The notes: generated from the sequence alone by a model not told the origin. DNA of 64,000 nt from Spirochaetia bacterium (GCA_965199955.1 CBDATQ010000002.1:704001-768000), one strand, 5' to 3'. Shown: positions 48,463 to 58,219, numbered from the stretch's first letter. A program made the numbers and translations.

Positions 48463-49299
48463 ATGACCGTCACACTATCGCATAACTGCCAGCGCCCCGC
48501 CACGGCCAAGGATCGTGGATCGATCGATCGGATCATCTACGAAATGAGCAACGACCTGCGCGTGCTCGGCGAGCAGGCGCGGCCGCAGCAGGACTTCGAG
48601 AGCTTCGAGCGCGCCGTGCATTGAGCGGTTCGTGGCCGCCGAGCGAGCGGTGCTGGCCAGCGAGTTGCAGGGACTTGAGGTGGAGGTGCCTGAACTCGTC
48701 ATCGGCGGGCGGCCGCATCGTCGTGTGCTGCGGAGCACCGAGACGTACCTGAGCGGAGTCGGGCCGATCACGGTGCAGCGCACGTTGTACCGCGCCGGCA
48801 GCGAGCCGGCGGTTGTTGCCTTGGAGCTGCGTGCGGGGATCGTCGCCGGGCACTGGACGCCGCTGGCGGCGCGGCAGGCGAGCGTGCTGGTCGCCCACAT
48901 GAGGCCGCAGGAGAGCGTCGATACAGCTTGCGCGAAGCTGGGCAACATGAGTCCGTCCGGGAGCAGCCTGGACCGGCTGCCGAAGCACCTGAGCAGCCGC
49001 TGGGAGCAGGAGCGCGAAGGGTTCGAGGACGCGCTGCGTGCAGCCACGCGGGAGGTGCCTGCCGAGGCGGCTACGCTCGCGGTGTCGCGGAGGTGGAGGC
49101 GGTGTTGGCACAGCGGCCGGATCTGGAAGTGGTCATGCTGGCCGACGGCGCGCGCGAGAACTGGAGCTTTCTGGACGACCTGGCGCCGCAGGCAGCCAGC
49201 AGCGTGACGCTGGTGGACTTCTTCCATGCCGCCGAGCAACTGCGAGCAGCCGTCGATGCCGCATACGGCGAGAACGACCCGTGGGGACATGCCGCCTGA
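48463..49299 (+). pseudogene. ISKra4/UPF0236-type transposase remnant
   Basis: SSLDRLPK, LADGARENW, VDFFHAAE; first catalytic Asp region and C-terminus missing; frame breaks. Confidence 0.75.
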
Positions 49300-49456
49300 C
49301 TCGTCAGTTTGAGACCTACACCCATTCCATTTCCTCACTTTCCGTGCGGTTACTGGACGCTGGGCATTTGTCGTGCGACCGCCCGTGGCAGGCGAGGACA
49401 AGGCTGACCTCTCACCCCTGCGGAAGCTCCGTGGTTCGACAGCGAGTTTGCTGGAG

Positions 49457-50380
49457 CTATCCTTTCACCGATCCCAGCATCACGCCCTTCACGAAGTACT
49501 TCTGAATGAAGGGGTAGAACAGCACCACCGGGCCGATGGTGATCAGCGTGGTCGCGGCCTGGATCGACCGGTGCGGGATGCGCGCCCAGTCCGGCTCGAT
49601 CCCCTGCGCGCGGAGCTCCTCCACCAGGCGCTGCATGGACTCGTCGGTCTGAAAGCCCTGCAGGCGCTGCACGATGGCGCGCAGCAGGAGCTGCAGAATG
49701 CGCTTGTCCTTGTCGGTGATGTAGATCAGCGCGTCGAACCACGCGTTCCAGTGGGCTACGACCGTCCACAACGCGATAACGGCCAGCACCGGCCTCGACA
49801 ATGGGATGAAGATGCTGAACATGATGCGCCAGTAGCTGGCGCCGTCGATCACGGCGGAGTCCTCCATCGCCTGGTCGATGGTCATGATGAAGTTGCGCGT
49901 GATGATGATGTTGAACGCGTTGATCGCCGGGATGACCACCAGGACCCAGCGCGAGTTGATCATTCCAAGGTTTCGCACCAGGAGGTAGGTGGGAATGATG
50001 CCTCCATAGAAAAACAGCGTGAAGACAAGCAGGAAAGTGATCACCCCCCGCCCGGGCAGGTTGCGCTTCGAGAGCGCGTACGCGGCGCAGAAGGTGACGA
50101 ACAGCGTCAACGTGGTGCCGAACACGACGCGGTGCAGCGTGTTCAGGTAGGCGGTCCCTACGGCGTTCTCCTTGAACACGAATGTCCACGCCTCCGTGCG
50201 CCACTCTTCGTTCCAGAGGTGCAGCCCCCGGCCGGGCAACGACACCGGCGACGCCAGCGAGGTGGTGACGACGGTCCAGAACGGATACAGGATCGACAGC
50301 GCGAACAGTCCGAGGAACAGGTAGTTGGCGACGTCGAACGCGCGACCGAGCGGCGTCACTCTGACCAGTGGATTCGCCAT
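49457..50380 (-). CDS. Carbohydrate ABC permease (MalG/UgpE-like)
   Basis: GGIIPTY, EDSAVIDGA, HWNAWFD, YPFIQKYFVKG. Confidence 0.93.
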   Translation of the reverse strand: MANPLVRVTPLGRAFDVANYLFLGLFALSILYPFWTVVTTSLASPVSLPGRGLHLWNEEWRTEAWTFVFKENAVGTAYLNTLHRVVFGTTLTLFVTFCAAYALSKRNLPGRGVITFLLVFTLFFYGGIIPTYLLVRNLGMINSRWVLVVIPAINAFNIIITRNFIMTIDQAMEDSAVIDGASYWRIMFSIFIPLSRPVLAVIALWTVVAHWNAWFDALIYITDKDKRILQLLLRAIVQRLQGFQTDESMQRLVEELRAQGIEPDWARIPHRSIQAATTLITIGPVVLFYPFIQKYFVKGVMLGSVKG

Positions 50381-50389
50381 GCGCAGCTC

Positions 50390-51415
50390 CTACCAGACCC
50401 CGTACTCGCTGTAGCGGCGCACGATCTGGTTGGCCCCGACCAGGACGACCAGGCCGACCGCGTTCTGGAAGAGCTGCACGGCGGTGGCGTAGGAGTAGCG
50501 CGCCCCTTCGATGCCGGAGCGGTACACCAGCGTCTCGAACACGTCGATCACCTCGTAGACGTTGGAGTTGTACAGATTGAAGATCGGGTCGAAGCCGAAC
50601 TCCAGGATGTTGCCGACGCTGAGCAGGAACAGGATCGTGATCACCGGCACCAGTGCCGGGATGGTGATGTGGATGGCGTTCTGCCAGCGGTTGGTGCCGT
50701 CGATGGCCGCGCTCTCGTAGAGCTGGGGATCCACCCCGGACAGCGCCGCCAGAAAGACGATCGTCCCCCAGCCGACGCTCTGCCAGGTCGTGACGGCGAT
50801 GATCAGGCCTCGAAACAGATCCGGGGAGGTCAGGACCGGGAACGGCTCGATCCCCACCTGCTCCATGAGGTAGGGGACCGTGCCGCTCTGCATCGACAGC
50901 AGTTCTCTGACGATGCCGCTCAGGACGATCCAGGAGAGGAAGTGCGGGAGGTAGCTGATCGACTGCACGGTGCGCTTGTACGCGGTGACGCGCACCTCGT
51001 TGAGCAGCAGCGCCAGGATGATCGGCGCCGGGAAGGAAACGATCGTGCGCAGGACGGCCAGGATCGCCGTGTTGCGCAGCACGCGCCAGAAGAACGGGTC
51101 GTTGAAGACCCAGTCGAACCACTTGAAGTTGTTCCAGGTGCTGCCCAGGACGCCCTTGACGATGTTGTAGTCGACGAAAGCGATGCTGATCCCGTACATG
51201 GGGATGTACTTGAAGACGAACAGCAGCACCACCGCCGGCGCCAGCAACACGTAGAAGTCCCGCATGCGCCACGCGCGCCGCGCCGTCTGCTTGCGCAGGA
51301 TCTGCTTGAGGAAGGCGGCGCGCTCCTCCTCGGTGCCGAGGCTGTCGTAGACGCCCACGCTCGGGGCGGGAGCCGCAGGCGCCTGCTCGCGCCGGTCGGT
51401 GGAGAGGTCAGCCAT
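50390..51415 (-). CDS. Carbohydrate ABC permease (LplB-like), paralog 2
   Basis: FKYIPMYG, FPAPIILALLLNE, YLPHFLSW, LYESAAIDG. Confidence 0.93.
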   Translation of the reverse strand: MADLSTDRREQAPAAPAPSVGVYDSLGTEEERAAFLKQILRKQTARRAWRMRDFYVLLAPAVVLLFVFKYIPMYGISIAFVDYNIVKGVLGSTWNNFKWFDWVFNDPFFWRVLRNTAILAVLRTIVSFPAPIILALLLNEVRVTAYKRTVQSISYLPHFLSWIVLSGIVRELLSMQSGTVPYLMEQVGIEPFPVLTSPDLFRGLIIAVTTWQSVGWGTIVFLAALSGVDPQLYESAAIDGTNRWQNAIHITIPALVPVITILFLLSVGNILEFGFDPIFNLYNSNVYEVIDVFETLVYRSGIEGARYSYATAVQLFQNAVGLVVLVGANQIVRRYSEYGVW

Positions 51416-51468
51416 CGATCGTTCGGTGTCGCCTGGGGGTCATCACGGGGAGCGGAACTCCGGTGGCG

Positions 51469-51497
51469 ACCGTACCGGTTCGGGCGCAATTCGTCAA
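51469..51497 (-). promoter_or_regulatory. Putative internal sigma70 promoter
   Basis: TTGACG-17 bp-TACGGT on the minus strand. Confidence 0.5.
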
Positions 51498-51505
51498 CGT
51501 AACGC

Positions 51506-52489
51506 TCACCAGATCGAATACTCGTTGTAGCGGCGCACGACCTGGTTTGCCGCGATCAGCAGCACGAACCCCACGACGTTCTGGAACAGGTTGATGGCGG
51601 TGGCGTAGGAGTACTTGGCGCCTTGGATGCCGGACCGGTAGACCAGCGTCTCGAACACGTCGGAGACCGACACCACCACGTCGTTGTACAGGTTGAAGAT
51701 CTGATCCCATCCCTGTTCCAGGATGTTGCCGATCTGCAGCAGCAACAGGATCGTCATGACCGGGATCAGGGCCGGAAGCGTGACGCGCAGCGCCATCTGC
51801 ATGCGGTTGGCGCCGTCGACGCTGGCGCTCTCGTACAGCTCGGAGTCGATCCCCGAAAGCGCGGCCAGGTAGATGATCGAGCCCCAGCCGACGCCCTGCC
51901 AGATGCCGGTCGTCACCAGCAGCGCCCGGAACGTGGGGACGTTCGTCAGGAAGCTGACGGGCTCCAGCCCGAAGACAGCCATGAGGTATGGGACGGCGCC
52001 GGTCTGCATCGACAGCAGCTCCCTGACGATGCCGCCCAGGACGACCCAGGAGAGAAAGTGAGGGAGGTAGCTGACCGACTGGACCGCGCGCTTGTAGGGG
52101 GCGTTGCGGACCTCGTTGAGCAGCAGCGCCAGGATGATCGGCGCCGGAAAGCCGATCGCCAGGCGCAGCAGGCTGAGGATCACCGTGTTGCGCAGCACGC
52201 GCCAGAAGAAGAAGTCGTTGAACACCCAACTGAACCACTTGAAGTTGTTCCAGGTACTGCCCAGGATGCCCTTGACGATGTTGTAGTCCACGAAGGCGAT
52301 GCCCACGCCGTACATGGGGATGTACTTGAAGACGATCAGCAGCGTCACCGCCGGGACCAGCAGCGCGTAGAAGGGTCGCATGCGCCACGCGCGCTCCAGG
52401 GTCTGCCGCCGATCGAAGCGGCGCGTCGCCTTCGGGTCGGCCGCCGGCTCCTCGTGCGGTGTCGACGACAGGCTGGGAGACTCGCTCAT
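51506..52489 (-). CDS. Carbohydrate ABC permease (LplB-like), paralog 1
   Basis: FKYIPMYG, FPAPIILALLLNE, YLPHFLSW, LYESASVDGA. Confidence 0.93.
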   Translation of the reverse strand: MSESPSLSSTPHEEPAADPKATRRFDRRQTLERAWRMRPFYALLVPAVTLLIVFKYIPMYGVGIAFVDYNIVKGILGSTWNNFKWFSWVFNDFFFWRVLRNTVILSLLRLAIGFPAPIILALLLNEVRNAPYKRAVQSVSYLPHFLSWVVLGGIVRELLSMQTGAVPYLMAVFGLEPVSFLTNVPTFRALLVTTGIWQGVGWGSIIYLAALSGIDSELYESASVDGANRMQMALRVTLPALIPVMTILLLLQIGNILEQGWDQIFNLYNDVVVSVSDVFETLVYRSGIQGAKYSYATAINLFQNVVGFVLLIAANQVVRRYNEYSIW

Positions 52490-52515
52490 GCAGGGAGAGG
52501 TGCTTGGCCCGGCGC

Positions 52516-52544
52516 ACACTAGTGAGGACGGGAACGTGTGTCAA
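52516..52544 (-). promoter_or_regulatory. Putative sigma70 promoter
   Basis: TTGACA-17 bp-TAGTGT on the minus strand. Confidence 0.55.
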
Positions 52545-52596
52545 ACGCGCTTCTGTGTGACGCACCAGGCGTCAGAGCGTACGCGCACATCATGTA

Positions 52597-52853
52597 ATGA
52601 AGCTCAAGCAGGGCCTCGCAGCGGGTACGGACGAGTTGATTCCGGCGGACTTTGGCGATCGCATTCTCGACGGTGAAAGCCCGGTTCGTGTGTGGCGGGA
52701 GTACCGGGGTCTCAGCGTCAAGCAACTGGCTGCGGGCGCCCAGATCAGCGCTGCCTACCTGTCACAGATCGAGGGCGGCAGCCGCAACGGTTCCCTTTCG
52801 ACCATGAAGGCGTTGGCGAGTGCCTGTCCCTGGACGTGGATGACTTGACGTAA
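52597..52853 (+). pseudogene. XRE-family HTH protein (antitoxin-like), N-terminally short and frameshifted near 52824
   Basis: ELIP..DRILDGESPVRVWREYRGLS..QLA..ISAAYLSQIE; adding one C gives ALSLDVDDLT-stop. Confidence 0.7.
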
Positions 52854-52964
52854 GATGCCTCGGGTGCTCCCTGAAGGGAGCCGACGCGGTTGCTGGATGA
52901 AGAGCGCGGAGACCGTTGGGTCCGGGTTTCACGCCGCGACGATACAAAGAGAGGAAACGCACAC

Positions 52965-53759
52965 ATGAGAATCGATCGCTATCTGCAGGGGACGCCGTCG
53001 TGGGTCGACCTGTCCACCACCGATCAGGATGCCGCCAAGGCGTTCTATGCCGGCCTGTTCGGCTGGAGCTACCGCGACATGCCGGTGGACGACACCGGCG
53101 AGCGGCTGTACACGACGGCTACCATCGACGGAGCCAGCGTGGCCGGAATGTGCACGCAGCCGCCCGAGGAGGCGCAGATGGGCGTGCCCCCGCACTGGAA
53201 CGTCTACCTGACGGTGGACGACGCCGACGCCACCGCGGTGCGCGCCGTCGAGCACGGCGGGGAAGTGCTGGCCGAGCCGTTCGACGTGTTCGACGCCGGC
53301 CGCATGGCGACCATCAAGGACCCGACCGGCGCCGTCGTGTCGCTCTGGCAGCCGCGGGGCAGCATCGGCGTGCAGATCCGGGCCGAGCACGGCGCGCTCT
53401 GCTGGACGGAGATCCTGACCGGCGATCCCGCCGCGGCGGCCGAATTCCTGGCCGCGCTGCTGGACGTCCGTACGGAGACCGCCCCGATGCCGGACGGCGT
53501 CGAGTACACGGTCGTCATGGCGGGGGAGAATCCGGTCGCCGGCGTGATGAAGATGCCCGAGCACCTGATGGAGATGCGCCACCCCGCGCACTGGGGCACG
53601 TACATGCAGGTCGACGACACGGACGCTGCTGTCGCGGCGGCGGAGGCCGGCGGCGGCTCGGTGCTGATGCCCGCCGCGGACATCGCGACCGTGGGGCGCA
53701 TCGCCGTCATCGCCGATCCGCAGCGAGCCGCGCTCGGCCTGATGACCCCCGAACAATAG
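52965..53759 (+). CDS. VOC/glyoxalase family protein with two domains (CFP32-like)
   Basis: GTPSWVDL, FYAGLFGW, GRMA..DPTGA, repeated in the C-terminal half. Confidence 0.9.
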   Translation: MRIDRYLQGTPSWVDLSTTDQDAAKAFYAGLFGWSYRDMPVDDTGERLYTTATIDGASVAGMCTQPPEEAQMGVPPHWNVYLTVDDADATAVRAVEHGGEVLAEPFDVFDAGRMATIKDPTGAVVSLWQPRGSIGVQIRAEHGALCWTEILTGDPAAAAEFLAALLDVRTETAPMPDGVEYTVVMAGENPVAGVMKMPEHLMEMRHPAHWGTYMQVDDTDAAVAAAEAGGGSVLMPAADIATVGRIAVIADPQRAALGLMTPEQ

Positions 53760-53769
53760 CGCTGCTGCC

Positions 53770-54738
53770 GTGCACTATCGGACCCTCGGGCGCAGCGGTA
53801 TCGAGGTGAGCCTGCTCGGCTTCGGTACCGGTGGCCCCACCACGTTCACTGAGGCAAGCATCTCCGACTCGGACAAGACGCGCCTCCTGCGCCGCTGCCT
53901 GGATCACGGCATCAACCTGATCGACACCTCGCAGGGGTACGGCGACAGCGAGCTGTTCCTTGGCGCCGCGCTGGCCGGCGTGCCGCGCGACAGCTACCTG
54001 CTGTCCACCAAGTGGGCGTACTCGCAGTGGACGGGAATCGACAGCGAACCGGTGGAGGGCGACCTGATCGGTGATCCGCGGGCGCTGGAGGACGCGGTCG
54101 ACGCCAGTCTCAAGCGGCTGCGGACCGACTACGTCGACGTCATGTTCATTCACGGGCTCAAGCCGGAGGACTACGACGCGGTCCACGAACAGCACGGACC
54201 GGCGATCGAACGGCTCAAGCAGGCCGGCAAGATCCGCCTGGCCGGCTTCAGTGAGCGGATGGGCGACGACCTGGAGCACCAGGTCACGATCGACGCCGTC
54301 ACCCGGCATCCGTCCTTCTGGGACGTGTCGATGCTGCGCTACGGCATCCTCAACCAGTGCGCCCGCGACCGGGCGCTGCCGCTGGCCGCCGAGCACGGGC
54401 TCGCGGTGATGAACATGTCGCCGGCGCGCTACTTGCTGCCGCATCCGGAGCAACTCGCCGAGCGGATCGCGGCCTGGAAGGCGGACGGATCGCTGGCGCC
54501 GGATGCGGTGCCGGACGACGATCCTCTCGGCTGGCTCATGCACGGCGAGGTCGAGTCGGTGGTGGCCGCCGGCATGAAGGTCGCGGCCGACCATCCCGGG
54601 GTCTCCACCGTGCTGACCGGCACCCGCAGCTTCGACCACCTGGAGGCCAACATCCGGGCTCTGGAGGAGCCCCGCCTGCCGGACGCCGATCACGAACGCC
54701 TGGTCCGGCTGTTCAGCTTCGCCCGCGAGTGGCGGTGA
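53770..54738 (+). CDS. Aldo/keto reductase
   Basis: LGRSGIEVS, DTSQGYG, STK, SLKRLRTDYVD..IH. Confidence 0.9.
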   Translation: MHYRTLGRSGIEVSLLGFGTGGPTTFTEASISDSDKTRLLRRCLDHGINLIDTSQGYGDSELFLGAALAGVPRDSYLLSTKWAYSQWTGIDSEPVEGDLIGDPRALEDAVDASLKRLRTDYVDVMFIHGLKPEDYDAVHEQHGPAIERLKQAGKIRLAGFSERMGDDLEHQVTIDAVTRHPSFWDVSMLRYGILNQCARDRALPLAAEHGLAVMNMSPARYLLPHPEQLAERIAAWKADGSLAPDAVPDDDPLGWLMHGEVESVVAAGMKVAADHPGVSTVLTGTRSFDHLEANIRALEEPRLPDADHERLVRLFSFAREWR

Positions 54739-54831
54739 CCCGTCACCGGTGCACGGCCAACACCGTGGCCGAGTGGTCGGTGGAGTCCGGCGTGGGCCGT
54801 GCCGACCCGTACGCGGAGGTCTGCCTGCGCG

Positions 54832-55842
54832 CTAGCTCGGCTCTAGCTCGAACAGACGAGTGGCGTTGTTCCAGAACACGTCCTCGACCTGCCGGTCGGT
54901 GAGCCGCTCCGCCCAGCACGCCCACTTCACCGAGCGCAGGTGCTCCAGGACGATGGAGACCGGCTTGATCGTCATGTGCTTCTCCTTCCAGACCGGCGCG
55001 TCGTCGTAGACCCAGAAGAAGGTGTCGGCGACCGCGGAGTGGCGGCCGTGGCTGTGGCTGGCGGCGCCGAAATCGGTGCCGAACATGAGGCGGTCGTGGC
55101 CGAAGATGCGCATGATCGCCACGTGCGCCATCGGCTCGCAGTTGGCGCTGGAGTCGAAGTACAAGTTCGGCAGGTCGGCCAGCGCCGGCAGCCCCTCGAA
55201 GTTGTGTGACGGCTGAAAACCGCGCGCCGAGTGGGCCAGGATGAGCTTCATGTCCGGGTAGCGCTCGCAATAGGTGCGGATCCAGTGCTGGTTGCCGGGG
55301 TCGGCGACCGCCCGGTCCTTGACCATGTGCAGGGTCACGTACCACCCCTCCTCGTGGGCGACCTGCATCACCGCCTCCGGCAGGTACTCCGGGATCTCGG
55401 AGTCCAGAGTCGGCGTGCGCAGCGAGAAGGTGTGGTAGCACTTGAGCCCTCGCAGGCCGAGCCGGCGGGCATGCTCGCGCACCCACTCCGGGTCGTCCTC
55501 CGGCTTGACCAGGAAGGCCCCGCGGCAGGTCGGCTTGCCTTCCAGGGACGCTCCGACCCACTCGCTGACACTCAGGGTCTGCTCCCGCTTCTTGACGGCC
55601 GGCTTGGGCAGGAACCAGGCGCCCAGCGTCCGGTCCGGGAACACCTCCCCGCTCAGACGCAGGTAGTCGTCGCTGTTCATGTCGGCCGGAAAGCCCGGCG
55701 GCAGTGGGGCGGCGTAGGCGTCGCCGCGCCACAGGTGGGCGTGGCAGTCGAACACCCTGTCGGGGACGAAGGACGCCAGCTCGTGCTCGAAGAACTCGCG
55801 GTCGTGGTCCTGGTAGGCGTGGTCGCCGGTGTACTTGATCAC
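54832..55842 (-). CDS. Amidohydrolase family 2 protein
   Basis: FDCHAH, GLKCYH, LILAHS, MFGTDF, NATRLF; GTG 55842 overlaps the upstream TGA. Confidence 0.85.
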   Translation of the reverse strand: MIKYTGDHAYQDHDREFFEHELASFVPDRVFDCHAHLWRGDAYAAPLPPGFPADMNSDDYLRLSGEVFPDRTLGAWFLPKPAVKKREQTLSVSEWVGASLEGKPTCRGAFLVKPEDDPEWVREHARRLGLRGLKCYHTFSLRTPTLDSEIPEYLPEAVMQVAHEEGWYVTLHMVKDRAVADPGNQHWIRTYCERYPDMKLILAHSARGFQPSHNFEGLPALADLPNLYFDSSANCEPMAHVAIMRIFGHDRLMFGTDFGAASHSHGRHSAVADTFFWVYDDAPVWKEKHMTIKPVSIVLEHLRSVKWACWAERLTDRQVEDVFWNNATRLFELEPS

Positions 55843-56193
55843 GAGCCGGATGGTAGGGGCGGGAAGCGCGCGTGCCAACCGCACGTCCCGCAGGTGGTGA
55901 CCCCGTGGCGGTCGAAGGCGCTGCCGGCTCGGGCACAGGCCGTCGGCGCTGGTGCAGTTGCAGTCGCTGTTGGTGAACTCGGCCGGGTCGCCCCACACCG
56001 AGTCGCGGAAGGCGGGCACCAGCAGGGTGCCGCCGTCACCGACCGCGTCCAGTAGCGCGTCGGCCACGGTCGCGGCGCCGCCGTCCACCGGTCACAGCGC
56101 GCTCAGGCTGCTGTGCATCATCACCGCCGCGCCGGGCCGGAGGCCCAGGTCCCGGAGTTCCGCGTAGAGTTGCGAACGCGTGGCAGGCGGCAT
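55839..56193 (-). pseudogene. AAC(3)/YokD-family N-acetyltransferase remnant
   Basis: LRDLGLRPG..VMMHSSLSAL*PVDGGA..GTLLVPAF; in-frame TGA at 56092-56094 and a large internal deletion near 55920. Confidence 0.78.
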
Positions 56194-56258
56194 GGGCAGA
56201 GCGTAGAACGGCGTCCGGCCGGTACCCAAGCGGGGACCCGTCCCGTAAGCTGCGGCCG

Positions 56259-57251
56259 ATGGCTGAGAAGATACGGATCGGTCTGATCGGATACGGCGGC
56301 TGGACGCGCACCGCCTACGTGCCGGCTCTCCAAGCCGACGGACGCGCGCGGGTCGTGGCGGTGGCGGCGCCCAGCGCGGAGACCCGGGAGCGCGCCGGGC
56401 GCGAGCTTGGGCCGGAGGTGGCGGTGTACGCATCCGCCGGCGAGTTGCTTGCCGGTACGACCGTGGACGGCGTGATGGTGGCCGTGTCGGAGGCGGCGCA
56501 CGCGGAAGCGATCGGCGCGGCGCTCGACGCCGGAACGGCCGTCCTCTACGAGGGGCCGCTCGCGGCCACGCGGGAGGAGATGCCGGCGATGATCGAGCGC
56601 CTGGAGGCCGCGCCCGCTCCCACGCACGCCGACATCGAGCTTGGCTTCCTGCCGGTCGTGCGGCGCGCGGCGGAGCTGGTCGCGGGCGGGACGGTGGGCA
56701 TCCCGCAGTTCGCGGAGGTGCGGCTGGAGTCCGACTGGGGCGCGCGGCCGGAGGAGGACCTCTGCAAGGTCGATCACCTGGCGCCGTGGTACGTCGATCC
56801 GCTCGACCGAGTGCTCGGCAGGACCGCCGCGCGCGTCCTGACCATGGACGGCTCGGGAACGGCCGGCCGGGCGCAGGCGCAGAGCGCCATGCAGCTCGAT
56901 TACGGCGGCTGCTGGGGAACCTTCGCTGTCAACACCGGTGCCGTGTCCGGCCCCGACATGCGCATTGCGGTCACCGGTACCGCCGGCGACGTGCGCGTCG
57001 ACCTGCTCACGGGCGGACTGCGCTGGCGCAGTGCCGCCAGTCCGGCCTGGACGATCGAAAGCTGCCCGCCGATCGAGCCGATCCTGGGACTGCCCGGCAT
57101 GCACGAGTGCGTGCGCGCCTTCCTGGACTGCATCGAATCGGGCTCCGAGGGCGAGGCGGGGCGCCATCGGGTCGCCCGCCTGCATCGGCTCGGCTTGGCC
57201 GCCGAGCGGTCACGCGACACCGGCACCTGGGCGGAGGTCGAGTCGTCGTAG
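56259..57251 (+). CDS. Gfo/Idh/MocA family oxidoreductase (divergent)
   Basis: IGLIGYGGW Rossmann motif; EGP in place of EKP. Confidence 0.8.
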   Translation: MAEKIRIGLIGYGGWTRTAYVPALQADGRARVVAVAAPSAETRERAGRELGPEVAVYASAGELLAGTTVDGVMVAVSEAAHAEAIGAALDAGTAVLYEGPLAATREEMPAMIERLEAAPAPTHADIELGFLPVVRRAAELVAGGTVGIPQFAEVRLESDWGARPEEDLCKVDHLAPWYVDPLDRVLGRTAARVLTMDGSGTAGRAQAQSAMQLDYGGCWGTFAVNTGAVSGPDMRIAVTGTAGDVRVDLLTGGLRWRSAASPAWTIESCPPIEPILGLPGMHECVRAFLDCIESGSEGEAGRHRVARLHRLGLAAERSRDTGTWAEVESS

Positions 57252-57256
57252 CTCGG

Positions 57257-58219
57257 TCAGTCCGGCTGACTGCCGCGCAGCCGGCCGATCTCCTCGAAGC
57301 TGAGTTCGAGCTCCAGGGCCGCGGCATTGTCTGCGAACTCGCCGGGGGTCGCCGAGGCGGCGATCGGGTACACGTCCAGGCCGGTCTGCATGATGTAGGC
57401 TAGGGCGACGCGTGCGGCCGACACGCCGTGCGCGCGGCCGATCGCCTGCGCCGTTTCCAGGCGGGTGAAGTTGCCGTCCGAGCAGTAGGTGGAGGCGGAA
57501 AGCTCTTCCCGGCCGGAGTCCGGCCGCGGCTTGTCGCGGCCGAAACGGCCCGAGAAGAAGCCCCCGGCCAGGCTCGACCAGGAGAATACCGGGAGCTGCG
57601 TGCGGCGGTACCAGTCCCGGTCCTCGGCCGCCTCCGGTCCGGCGATCGACAGGCAGCCCGCCCACGGCGCCTGGAGCTGCACGGCCAGGCTGTAGTTGGG
57701 GCTTGAGGCCGCGAACGCCGGCAGTCCGTGGCGAGCCGCGTAGGCGTTTGCCGCCTCGATGCGCGGCACGCTCCAGTTGGAGCCGCCGTAGGCGTGGATG
57801 CGGCCGGCCGCGTGGTGCTCGGCCATCGTGGCCACGATCGCGTCGACCGGGAGTGTGGGGTCGTCGCGGTGCAGCAGGTACAGGTCGACGTAGTCGGTGC
57901 GCAGCCGGATGAGCGAGTCCATCAGGTCGGAGGTCAGGTCGGCCGGCGTGACCCGGTCGCGGTCCTGGTTGTGGTGGCACCCCTTGGTGATGATCACCAC
58001 CTGCCCGCGGTTGCCGCGCCGCTCCATCCAGGCGCCCAGCACCCGCTCGCACTCGCCGCCGCCGTAGTTCCACGCCGAGTCGAAGGTGGTGCCGCCGGCC
58101 GCGAACACCCCGTCCAGCAGGGTCATGCCCTGCTCCATGTCGTCCGTGGTCAGCATGGTCGTGCCGTGCACGATGCGCGCCACGGGTTTGCCGACCCCGT
58201 TCACCCGTCCGCACTTCAT
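57257..58219 (-). CDS. Aldo/keto reductase
   Basis: FDSAWNYG, ITKG, RLRTDYVDLYLLHRDD, GGSNW. Confidence 0.92.
   Translation of the reverse strand: MKCGRVNGVGKPVARIVHGTTMLTTDDMEQGMTLLDGVFAAGGTTFDSAWNYGGGECERVLGAWMERRGNRGQVVIITKGCHHNQDRDRVTPADLTSDLMDSLIRLRTDYVDLYLLHRDDPTLPVDAIVATMAEHHAAGRIHAYGGSNWSVPRIEAANAYAARHGLPAFAASSPNYSLAVQLQAPWAGCLSIAGPEAAEDRDWYRRTQLPVFSWSSLAGGFFSGRFGRDKPRPDSGREELSASTYCSDGNFTRLETAQAIGRAHGVSAARVALAYIMQTGLDVYPIAASATPGEFADNAAALELELSFEEIGRLRGSQPD

Larger units (their letters stand above)
48244..49323 (+). mobile_element. Internally deleted ISKra4-like element (1080 bp)
   Basis: IRs GGGTGTAGGTCTCAGACTGA / TCAGTTTGAGACCTACACCC (19/20); 8-bp TSD ATTCCATT at 48236-48243 and 49324-49331. 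Confidence 0.85.

Noticed and set aside
54832..56088. Novel AAC(3)-amidohydrolase fusion protein
   Set aside because: Explained by deletion in an upstream pseudogene; the amidohydrolase has its own GTG overlapping the upstream stop
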